A stretch of 64,000 nt of DNA from Dehalococcoidia bacterium (GTDB lineage: Bacteria; Chloroflexota; Dehalococcoidia; Dehalococcoidales; W498): NCBI GenBank assembly GCA_011191875.1, contig DUFC01000033.1, forward strand, positions 11,793-75,792, in the 5' to 3' direction. Of the stretch, positions 36,156 through 43,352 are shown piece by piece. Positions within the stretch are counted from its first letter, which is position 1. Each line of letters starts with the position of its first letter. Both the position numbers and the translations under genes were made by a program. Under the pieces are notes generated by a model, which did no database searches, was not told the DNA's origin, and saw only the letters and a program-made list of their open reading frames with translations.

Positions 36156-37010
36156 TTAACCCTTGGTCTGGTGTGCTATCTGCTCAATATCATTATAAAG
36201 CCTGAGGAATGCTTCCTGCCACTGTGGTATTCCTTCCACCAAGGTTACCCCTCTGGAGTAGAGTCGGGCAATCTCAATATCCAGCGGTATCCGCAACAGA
36301 ATGGGGATACCTTCCTTGCGGCAATACTCCTCAACCTTGCTATCTCCAACACCATCTCGGTTAATAATTACACCATAAGGGATATTCAGCTTGCTTACCA
36401 TATCTACCGCTAGAGCCAGGTCATTGAGACCGAAGGGGGTAGGTTCAGTCACCAGCAAGCAGAAATCACTACCCTTTACTGTTTCAACCACCGGGCAGGA
36501 CGTTCCCGGGGCAACGTCAATAATTGTGAGCTTTTCTCGACTAATATGCCTCTTTACCTCCTTGATTACAGGGGGAGCCATAGCCTCACCGATGGTAAGC
36601 TCACCATGGATGAGTTCAATCCCTTTTGCCTGGCCTGTCTCCAGGATTCCCGTCTCCTTGTTTATCTCAAAGAGGGCATCTTCAGGGCAGAGGTAAGAGC
36701 AGGCACCACAGCCATGACAAAGCTCTGGGAAAATTAAAACATGTTTGGGGAAAACAGCGATAGCGTTATAGACACAGACCTCGGCACAATTGCCACAATA
36801 GGTGCACTTTTTCTCATCTAGCTGGGGGATAGGGATAGAAACCGTCTCCTTATGGTTAAATGATGGATTTAGGAAAATATAAGCATTAGGCTCCTCTACA
36901 TCACAGTCGAGAAGCTGCACTGGTATTCTATTTGCTAATGATAGAGCCAAGCTGGTGGCGACTAGGGTTTTTCCAGTGCCACCTTTACCGCTGGCAACAG
37001 CTATTATCAC
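36156..37010 (-). CDS. MinD/ParA-type P-loop ATPase with 2x[4Fe-4S] ferredoxin insert (paralog)
   Basis: SGKGGTGKT P-loop, CTYCGNCAEVC and CHGCGACSYLC motifs. Confidence 0.85.
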   Translation of the reverse strand: MIIAVASGKGGTGKTLVATSLALSLANRIPVQLLDCDVEEPNAYIFLNPSFNHKETVSIPIPQLDEKKCTYCGNCAEVCVYNAIAVFPKHVLIFPELCHGCGACSYLCPEDALFEINKETGILETGQAKGIELIHGELTIGEAMAPPVIKEVKRHISREKLTIIDVAPGTSCPVVETVKGSDFCLLVTEPTPFGLNDLALAVDMVSKLNIPYGVIINRDGVGDSKVEEYCRKEGIPILLRIPLDIEIARLYSRGVTLVEGIPQWQEAFLRLYNDIEQIAHQTKG

Positions 37011-37011
37011 C

Positions 37012-37236
37012 TCATCCCCTTATCATATTGGTGCCGCACTGAGGGCAACTAAGGTTATAGCAGGGAGTTCCGACTTGATGGGGAACTTTCGCCCCGCAAC
37101 TAGGGCAGACACAACTACCACTGGGTCCAGCTCCGGGACGCGTGCCTCTCATCCTGCCTCTGCCTCCTCCCCCTTGACCAATACCTCTTCCTGGACCACT
37201 GCCTGATGGTAGTCCTGTTCTATCTCTTCTAGGCAT
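37012..37236 (-). CDS. DUF5320-like Gly/Arg-rich protein with C-terminal zinc ribbon
   Basis: MPRRDRTGLPSGSGPGRG... N-terminus typical of DUF5320, then CPSCG...CPQCG. The track start at 37317 adds an implausible extension. Confidence 0.65.
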   Translation of the reverse strand: MPRRDRTGLPSGSGPGRGIGQGGGGRGRMRGTRPGAGPSGSCVCPSCGAKVPHQVGTPCYNLSCPQCGTNMIRG

Positions 37237-37268
37237 AATAATATCTCCGATAAAGAACTGACTGTCTT

Positions 37269-37493
37269 TTACATCATTGGCGGCAGTCCACAAGTGCCTG
37301 TGCTGCAAGTGGGGCAACTTGTTTCCGAAGGCTCAGTTGTACTTGAACCCGGGCTGTAGAATGAGGAGAACAGCCGTTTTGGACTTTGAGTGCTACACTT
37401 GGGACAGATTAACTTAGAGCCGTCCTCACCAATGGATTGAATAACCTCAAACTTCTCACCGCACTGGGTGCACTGGTATTCGTAGATTGGCAT
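37269..37493 (-). CDS. FmdB-family zinc-ribbon protein
   Basis: [16 protein letters not shown]...CPKC, the signature N-terminus of the CxxC_CxxC_SSSS family. Confidence 0.8.
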   Translation of the reverse strand: MPIYEYQCTQCGEKFEVIQSIGEDGSKLICPKCSTQSPKRLFSSFYSPGSSTTEPSETSCPTCSTGTCGLPPMM

Positions 37494-37496
37494 AAT

Positions 37497-37670
37497 TTAT
37501 CTCTCCTTCGAGTCTTTTAAAGCCTTTAACTCTTCTATTAATTGAAAAATGGAGCACTCATCAGTATGATTTATCTTACCACACTTAAAGCAAGCCTGTG
37601 CCGCTGCGTTAATAGTCCTGTCTATCTCCTCCTCACTCACTTCCTTGCTTGCGTATTTCCAGATGGGCAT
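37497..37670 (-). CDS. unannotated 57-aa Cys/His ORF
   Basis: Below the track length cut-off. ATG preceded by GAGGAGG. Translation: MPIWKYASKEVSEEEIDRTINAAAQACFKCGKINHTDECSIFQLIEELKALKDSKER. It fills the gap between two operon genes exactly. Confidence 0.5.
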   Translation of the reverse strand: MPIWKYASKEVSEEEIDRTINAAAQACFKCGKINHTDECSIFQLIEELKALKDSKER

Positions 37671-37691
37671 AATGCATCCTCCTCTTCATCT

Positions 37692-38390
37692 TTAATCTTT
37701 TCCCAGTTCTTCAATACGGCGCTGGATGTCAGTCAATTGTTGCGCCAGAATCTGTGATTGGGCTTTGAGCGCTTCTATCTCATGTTCTGGGCTTGCCGGC
37801 TGGGGTGCCGGTCCAGTCATAGGCATCATCCCGGCTCCCATGCTACCCATTCCCATGCCACGACCCATTCCTCTACCCATACCACAGCCCATTCCTCTAC
37901 CCATACCGCGGCCCATTCCTTTACCCATACCACGACCCATTCCCATGCCTCGTCCCATACAAATACCTCGCTCCATTCCTCCCCCGCTCTTACCAAAACC
38001 TGTGCCAGCTCCCATACCGGGAGTAGCACTCATACCAAAGTGGGCGTCTACGGTAGGTTGTGGGGTAGTTTGAAGTTGCCCTGATTTGTATGCTTGAATG
38101 GCATCGCTGATTTTCCCAGAAACTCCGGTGATTACCTGAATTCCAGCGGCTGGTAATACCTCGTAGGCATTGGGACCGCAGTTACCAGTGAGCACCACCT
38201 GCACCCCTGAGTTGGCAATCATCTGGGCAGTGGAAATGCCAGCTCCACCGCCAGCAACGATGTTTTGGTTTTGCATAGATTTAAATTGCATCGTGTCCGG
38301 GTCGGCAATAATAAGATACTGACATCGCCCAAAGCGGGGGTCTACCTCATCATCAAGACTTGGACCTGTGGCTGATATAGCAATTTTCAT
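37692..38390 (-). CDS. NifX-like domain fused to a Met/Gly/Arg repeat and a DUF5320-type C-terminal coiled coil
   Basis: N-terminus MKIAISATG...PRFGRCQYLII (PF02579-like). The middle is (GMGR)n. The C-terminus, HEIEALKAQSQILAQQLTDIQRRIEEL, resembles that of the adjacent DUF5320 protein. Confidence 0.8.
   Translation of the reverse strand: MKIAISATGPSLDDEVDPRFGRCQYLIIADPDTMQFKSMQNQNIVAGGGAGISTAQMIANSGVQVVLTGNCGPNAYEVLPAAGIQVITGVSGKISDAIQAYKSGQLQTTPQPTVDAHFGMSATPGMGAGTGFGKSGGGMERGICMGRGMGMGRGMGKGMGRGMGRGMGCGMGRGMGRGMGMGSMGAGMMPMTGPAPQPASPEHEIEALKAQSQILAQQLTDIQRRIEELGKD
37840..37965. repeat. in-frame 12/24-nt tandem repeat encoding GMGRGMG units
   Basis: Repeating CCCATTCCTCTACCCATACCNNNG-type units on the plus strand, encoding GRGMGKGMGRGMGRGMGCGMGRGMGRGMGMG on the minus strand. 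Confidence 0.85.
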
Positions 38391-38392
38391 AC

Positions 38393-38743
38393 TTATCTCT
38401 CCTTCACTTCTAAGTCGCGCATTCTGGACTCAATCTGCTCCAGTTGCTCTCTTATTGCCTGAGCCTGATTTTTCAGGGAATCAAGCTCTTGCTCTGGGGT
38501 TATCCCTGGGGCAGTTGTCGGTGCTCCTCCATGAAAGGGATAGGGAGTTTGTCCTGCTTGCATTGCCTGCCAGTGAGCCTGAGCTTGTGGCGTCGGCCAT
38601 TGACCAGTCATAAGATAGGTTGCTCCAGGACCCAGCCCTGACGGACTTTTCCCCGACCAGCCTGGGCTGAAGCCAAATCTCATCCAGCCGGGAAGCCCCG
38701 TTAGTTGGTACATCCATCTGTATCCTCCCCCTCCGTTAGGCAT
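38393..38743 (-). CDS. DUF5320-family protein
   Basis: Gly/Pro/Trp-rich N-terminus and C-terminal coiled coil LDSLKNQAQAIREQLEQIESRMRDLE. Confidence 0.75.
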   Translation of the reverse strand: MPNGGGGYRWMYQLTGLPGWMRFGFSPGWSGKSPSGLGPGATYLMTGQWPTPQAQAHWQAMQAGQTPYPFHGGAPTTAPGITPEQELDSLKNQAQAIREQLEQIESRMRDLEVKER

Positions 38744-38779
38744 AATGTAACCTCCTTTACATAAAATATTATATCTTAG

Positions 38780-39253
38780 CTAGCGCCATCGGCGACCAGG
38801 GTATCTTCTCCATCCTCCTCTGCCGAAGCCAATCCCCGGTGGATAGACAGGCTGTATATTCGGGCTGTTGCACACAGGGCAAACTAAGGGAGGATTAGCC
38901 GTCATTCTTTCAAAGGGCACATCCCATTGATGACCAGCATCGTCGCACCGGAAGTGGCTGGTAGCCATCTCAAAATTGCCGCCATCAATTCTAATCGCTT
39001 TACCGTTAATCAGCGAATCAGCTACCGTCTTTCTGGCTGATTCCAGTACCCTGTGGAAGGTAGGGCGTGAGATATGCATCCTTTGGGCACATTCTTCCTG
39101 CTCCAGCCCTTCTAGGTCTCTAAGCCGGATAGCTTCAGCCTCCTCTACTGAAAGGCATACCTCCTTGAGTAAGGCGAGGGGTACTCCTGCTGGCTTGAAG
39201 TATGTTATCTGTGGCATAAAATTAACACAGCGCCATTTAGGTGGTCTAGGCAT
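38780..39253 (-). CDS. DUF134 (UPF0251) putative HTH DNA-binding protein with C-terminal Cys/His and RG-rich extension
   Basis: MPRPPKWRCV...FKPAG...LSVEEAEAIRLRDLEGLEQEECAQRMHISRPTFHRVLESARKTVADSL is the DUF134 signature. Tail CPVC...GFGRGGWRRYPGRRWR. Confidence 0.85.
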   Translation of the reverse strand: MPRPPKWRCVNFMPQITYFKPAGVPLALLKEVCLSVEEAEAIRLRDLEGLEQEECAQRMHISRPTFHRVLESARKTVADSLINGKAIRIDGGNFEMATSHFRCDDAGHQWDVPFERMTANPPLVCPVCNSPNIQPVYPPGIGFGRGGWRRYPGRRWR

Positions 39254-39274
39254 AATTAGTATTCCCTTTGAATA

Positions 39275-39317
39275 ATGAACTTATGTTCATAATAATAAAG
39301 TATTTTAAAATTGTCAA
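39275..39317 (-). promoter_or_regulatory. putative operon promoter (TTGACA-17-TATTAT, minus strand) with overlapping palindrome ATGAAC-N4-GTTCAT
   Basis: On the minus strand the -35 is at 39317-39312 and the -10 at 39294-39289. The palindrome at 39275-39290 abuts the -10 and covers the likely TSS, 22 nt upstream of the DUF134 ATG. Confidence 0.4.
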
Positions 39318-39341
39318 GTTTTACAAGCTCACTCAGGTAAA

Positions 39342-39370
39342 TTGCGAATAAGCCTCGCTATTGTTATAAT
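39342..39370 (+). promoter_or_regulatory. putative promoter of tRNA-Ala (TTGCGA-17-TATAAT)
   Basis: -35 at 39342-39347, 17-nt spacer, -10 at 39365-39370. The tRNA starts 13 nt downstream. Confidence 0.5.
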
Positions 39371-39383
39371 ATTTCTGAAAAAC

Positions 39384-39459
39384 GGGGCTGTAGCTCAGCT
39401 GGGAGAGCGCCTCCTTTGCACGGAGGAGGTCAGGGGTTCGAGTCCCCTCAGCTCCACCA
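39384..39459 (+). tRNA. tRNA-Ala (anticodon TGC), CCA encoded
   Basis: GGGGCTG acceptor with the G3:U70 identity pair, anticodon arm CCTCC-TTTGCAC-GGAGG, T arm CAGGGGTTCGAGTCCCCT, ACCA end. Confidence 0.95.
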
Positions 39460-39484
39460 TATATTAAAAGGAGCTTTTATGGTT

Positions 39485-40576
39485 TCACCTTGTAAACCAG
39501 GTGAAGAAGTTGGTTCCCACGAGCACCATAACGGCTGCCAAGTAGAACACCGAGTTAATGTCGGCGAAATCGGCTATTATCCCGCTTAAAAGAGGTCCTA
39601 TAGCCATGCCGATACTGAATGCCATAGCAAATACGCCCATAGCTGAGCCCATACCGAATTTCCTGCCTTCATTTACAGTCAAGGCTAAGGCGGCTGGCAT
39701 GGAAATGGCACCACCAAGACCGCTGAGGGCACACACCCCCAATAGATACCAGAAGTTATGCGTCATAGGAATCAAAGCCAGGAAGGTAAGGTTGATGAGG
39801 TTGCCTACCACTACCATGGCTCTTCTATTGAATCTATCAGCAATCTTGCCTGTGAAAGGCTGAAGTAGTGACATCAGCAGCATATTGGCTGCCAGTAGTA
39901 TGCCGATAAGAGCTGGGCTCAGGCCAAGGCAGGTAGCGGCGAAAATAGGGATGAAGCAAGCAAAAGCTCCCCTTCCCAGGGAGAACGATAATCGGTAACT
40001 AAGAAGACCCTTTATTATGCTGCTGGTGCTCATCTTTATAAAGGAGAGATGATGGCTTGCTGGTGTTTTTCTCTGTCTAATTTTGGGGAGGAGAAGTGTA
40101 ACTACCAGGAAAGCCAGCAGATTAAGAGCACCCATGGTGGAGAAGGCAACAATAATCCCAAAGTGCTCAGTTAGTGCTCCACCCATCAAGGGTCCGAAGC
40201 CAAAACCGGTGAAAAAGGCAGCATTGAAGTAGCCCATCCATTTTCCCTCTTCACCCTCTGGAGAAATATCGCCAACATAAGCCTGCGCGATAGGAATAAT
40301 CATACCAGCAGCAGCACCGTGAAGGAGGCGGATTAAAATTAGCTGAGAGACACTACTTGTCCATATATAGCCCAGTGAGATAATGGAGTAGAAGAGAAGA
40401 CCAATGCAGATGAACTGTTTTCTGCCTCTGCGGTCAGAGAGTCTGCCGAAAATAGGCATAAGCATGGTCCGGGAGATAGAAAACCCGGAAAAGATGATGC
40501 CCAGCCAAATTCCAGTGGCTCCTAGGTTATCGGCATAAAGGGGTAAGAGGGGTGCTATTATCCCGACGCCTAGCAT
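39485..40576 (-). CDS. MFS transporter (possibly N-terminally shortened)
   Basis: MFS motif GRLSDRRGRK after the first helices. The in-frame stop 14 codons upstream of the ATG leaves no room for a full TM1. Confidence 0.75.
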   Translation of the reverse strand: MLGVGIIAPLLPLYADNLGATGIWLGIIFSGFSISRTMLMPIFGRLSDRRGRKQFICIGLLFYSIISLGYIWTSSVSQLILIRLLHGAAAGMIIPIAQAYVGDISPEGEEGKWMGYFNAAFFTGFGFGPLMGGALTEHFGIIVAFSTMGALNLLAFLVVTLLLPKIRQRKTPASHHLSFIKMSTSSIIKGLLSYRLSFSLGRGAFACFIPIFAATCLGLSPALIGILLAANMLLMSLLQPFTGKIADRFNRRAMVVVGNLINLTFLALIPMTHNFWYLLGVCALSGLGGAISMPAALALTVNEGRKFGMGSAMGVFAMAFSIGMAIGPLLSGIIADFADINSVFYLAAVMVLVGTNFFTWFTR

Positions 40577-40677
40577 AGAGGAAAGATGGAAAGAGCTAGG
40601 ATAGGGAAAACTTTTTTATCATGCCGGTATCTGAAATATTATAGCGCCTTGCTAGTGAACCTATCAACTTAAGGAAA

Positions 40678-40706
40678 TTGCGATTATAGCTTGTAGCTGG
40701 TATAAT
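40678..40706 (+). promoter_or_regulatory. putative thrS operon promoter (TTGCGA-17-TATAAT with TG extension)
   Basis: -35 at 40678-40683, 17-nt spacer ending in TGG, -10 at 40701-40706. Confidence 0.5.
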
Positions 40707-40742
40707 CAAGAGGTTTTCCATTTAGTAGACAGGGAGGATTCC

Positions 40743-42506
40743 GTGGTGGTTTCTGGCAAAGGGCAAGCCGAAGCTAATAGTGAAAAGTTGGAGATAGTAC
40801 GGCACTCGGCAGCTCATGTCATGGCAGAGGCGGTTCAGTCCATCTTTCCTCAGGCTAAGTTTGGTATCGGTCCAGCTATTGAAAATGGTTTTTATTATGA
40901 TTTTGATTTACCTCGCTCATTGACTCCCGATGATTTACCACTTATTGAGGCGAAGATGAATGAGATAATCGCTTCAAATGTGCCTTTTGTCAGGCAGGAA
41001 GTGACCAGGGAAGAAGCACGACAGTTGTTTGCCGCTCAGCCCTACAAACTGGAATTGATTAATGAAATTGCGGATGAGAAGGTTAGCTTGTATCAGCAGG
41101 GTTCTTTTATTGATTTGTGCCGTGGTCCTCATGTGAGTTCTGCTGGTGAAATTAAGGCATTTAAGCTGGTTAGTATTGCTGGAGCCTACTGGCGGGGTGA
41201 TGAGTATCATCCTATGTTACAGCGAATATATGGCGTTGCTTTTGACACCAAAGAGGCTTTGGCAGAATACCTAGAAAAACTAGAAGAGGCGGCTAAGCGT
41301 GACCATAGGAAGTTGGGTAGAGACCTTGACCTATTTAGTATCCATGAGGAAGCTGGCCCAGGGCTGGTTCATTGGCACCCTAAGGGGGCGGTAATACGCT
41401 ACATTATAGAGGGTTTCTGGAAGGACGAGCATATAAAGCGTGGTTATGATATTGTATATACCCCTCATATTGCCAAACTGGACTTATGGAAAACTAGCGG
41501 GCATTGGGAGTTTTATCGTGATTACTTATATAGCCCTATGGAGGTGGAGGAACAGGAATATATTATTAAACCGATGAACTGCTTAGGTCACATCCTAATT
41601 TATAAAACAAGACTGCATAGTTACCGGGAGCTGCCACTGCGTTACGCTGAGTTAGGTACTGTTTATCGCTATGAGCGCTCCGGAGTGTTGCACGGTCTAT
41701 CAAGAGTCAGGGGCTTTACTCAGGATGATGCCCATATTTTTTGCCGCTTTGACCAGTTAGAGGATGAGGTAGTGGGGGTATTAGATTTAGCTCGCTTTAT
41801 GATAGACACCTTCGGTTTTACTAATTACCAGGTGTTGCTTTCTACCCGACCTGAGAAATATGCCGGGACCATTCAGGTCTGGGAAGAGGCTACAGAAACG
41901 CTAGGGCGAGCTCTAACTCGGATAGGGCTCGATTATCAAATAGACCCGGGAGAGGGTGTATTTTACGGACCTAAGATAGATATTAAGTTCGAGGATGCCC
42001 AAGGAAGGGCATGGCAAGGTCCCACAATTCAGGTTGATTTTAACCTTCCTAAGCGCTTCAACGTTACCTATATTGGTGAAGATAACCAGGAACACTTGGT
42101 GGTGATGATACATCGTACTGTGCTGGGTAGTATGGAACGGTTTCTAGCTTCGCTTACTGAACATTATGGAGGCGCCTTCCCGGTGTGGCTAGCACCACTT
42201 CAGGTGAAGATAATTCCGGTGGCTGACCGTCACCTTTACTATGCTCGTAAGTTAGAGGCTGAACTTAAGAGTGAGGGGATGCGTGCCGAGGTTGATACTC
42301 GCTCAGAAACGGTAAACCACAAAATTCGGCAGGCGCAACTTGATAAAATACCATATATGCTGGTTGTAGGTGATAAAGAGGTAGCTAGTTCTACCGTTTC
42401 CGTCCGTTTGCGTAGTGGAGAGCAACTAGCCTCTCAACCTTGTGATAACTTCAAAGAAATTGTTAAGTCAGCTATAGTAAATAAGGTAAAGGAATTAAGT
42501 TTATAA
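40743..42506 (+). CDS. thrS: threonine--tRNA ligase (no N-terminal TGS domain)
   Basis: Starts at the editing-domain HSAAHVMAEA motif, followed by a class II core and anticodon-binding domain. GTG start behind GGGAGG. Confidence 0.95.
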   Translation: MVVSGKGQAEANSEKLEIVRHSAAHVMAEAVQSIFPQAKFGIGPAIENGFYYDFDLPRSLTPDDLPLIEAKMNEIIASNVPFVRQEVTREEARQLFAAQPYKLELINEIADEKVSLYQQGSFIDLCRGPHVSSAGEIKAFKLVSIAGAYWRGDEYHPMLQRIYGVAFDTKEALAEYLEKLEEAAKRDHRKLGRDLDLFSIHEEAGPGLVHWHPKGAVIRYIIEGFWKDEHIKRGYDIVYTPHIAKLDLWKTSGHWEFYRDYLYSPMEVEEQEYIIKPMNCLGHILIYKTRLHSYRELPLRYAELGTVYRYERSGVLHGLSRVRGFTQDDAHIFCRFDQLEDEVVGVLDLARFMIDTFGFTNYQVLLSTRPEKYAGTIQVWEEATETLGRALTRIGLDYQIDPGEGVFYGPKIDIKFEDAQGRAWQGPTIQVDFNLPKRFNVTYIGEDNQEHLVVMIHRTVLGSMERFLASLTEHYGGAFPVWLAPLQVKIIPVADRHLYYARKLEAELKSEGMRAEVDTRSETVNHKIRQAQLDKIPYMLVVGDKEVASSTVSVRLRSGEQLASQPCDNFKEIVKSAIVNKVKELSL

Positions 42507-42589
42507 TCTCTATAATTTGATTAGCCTAAGGAAATGTGTTATAGTCACTTTCTGTAGGATGTTCATGCTTGGAGGAGGTAAATAAGGAC

Positions 42590-43138
42590 ATAATTAAGAA
42601 GCTGCGTGTCAACGAAAGAATTAAAGCCATGGAAGTTCGCCTCGTAGGCGAGAAAGGGGAGCAGCTAGGTATTATGCCCTTGTACCAGGCGCTGGAGATA
42701 GCCAGAAAACAAAACCTTGACCTGGTTGAGGTTGCGGCTAGTGTAGCGCCTCCAGTGTGCCGTCTCCTTGACTATGGTAAGTATAAGTATGAGCAAGCTA
42801 AGAAAGAGCGTGAAGCGAGAAGAAACCAGAAGGTTTCTCTGCTGAGGGAGGTCAGATTACGACCCAAAATTGGTGAGCATGATTTTGAGGCTAAGGCTAG
42901 GTTGGCCAGGAAACTGCTGATCGGTGGGGACAAGGTTAAAGTATCAGTATTATTCAGAGGACGTGAAATCACCCACCCCGAGCTTGGCTGGAGATTACTG
43001 AAGAGGATGGCTGAGTCGGTAGAAGAAGTAGCTTCTGTTGATGGGCAACCGTCGATGGAGAGGAATAGGATGAATGTAATTCTGTCTCCGGTAGTTACTC
43101 AGAAAACCAAAATAAAAGAAGAAATAAAGGAATCTTAG
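42590..43138 (+). CDS. infC: translation initiation factor IF-3
   Basis: RVNERIKAMEVRLVGEKGEQLGIM N-terminus. GGAGGAGG at 42571-42578 points to ATA 42590 or ATT 42593 rather than the track TTG 42569, which overlaps the SD. Confidence 0.9.
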   Translation: MIKKLRVNERIKAMEVRLVGEKGEQLGIMPLYQALEIARKQNLDLVEVAASVAPPVCRLLDYGKYKYEQAKKEREARRNQKVSLLREVRLRPKIGEHDFEAKARLARKLLIGGDKVKVSVLFRGREITHPELGWRLLKRMAESVEEVASVDGQPSMERNRMNVILSPVVTQKTKIKEEIKES

Positions 43139-43339
43139 ATGCCAAAAATCAAAACTCATAAGGGGGCACAGAGCCGCTTCCATATTACAGGCAGCGGCAA
43201 AATTATGCACGTTAAGGGTGGAAAAAGCCATTTGCGCCGCCGAAAGAGAAAGCAAGCTAAACGTCTTTATGATGAGACAATACCAGTAAGCCCTAGTGAT
43301 AGGGCTCGGATAAAAAGGCTCTTACCCTACGGGGTGTAA
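43139..43339 (+). CDS. rpmI: 50S ribosomal protein L35
   Basis: MPKIKTHKGAQSRF... sequence. ATG overlaps the infC stop. Confidence 0.95.
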   Translation: MPKIKTHKGAQSRFHITGSGKIMHVKGGKSHLRRRKRKQAKRLYDETIPVSPSDRARIKRLLPYGV

Positions 43340-43352
43340 TAGGAGGGGTATT

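Noticed and set aside
37840-37965. Possible CRISPR array or other spacer-repeat structure, at the GMGR repeat and at the 17-bp x3 repeat (16084-16134).
   Set aside because: The repeats are contiguous with no unique spacers. The units are 12-24 or 17 bp and lie inside or at the end of coding sequence, and no cas genes are present in the window.
37726-38084. Pro-Ile-Pro, His/Thr-rich and Trp/Glu/Val-rich ORFs (37726-38073, 37758-38084, 37826-38029) over the GMGR repeat.
   Set aside because: They are alternative-frame or antisense readings of the tandem repeat inside the NifX-like fusion gene. The minus-strand frame is flanked by real domains, and these ORFs are not.
40577-40742. T-box or other leader structures upstream of thrS, pheS and proS.
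   Set aside because: The spacers are short (about 40-110 nt from the predicted promoter or upstream gene). I saw no specifier-loop or T-box (AGGGTGGNACC-like) sequence and no terminator/antiterminator pair.
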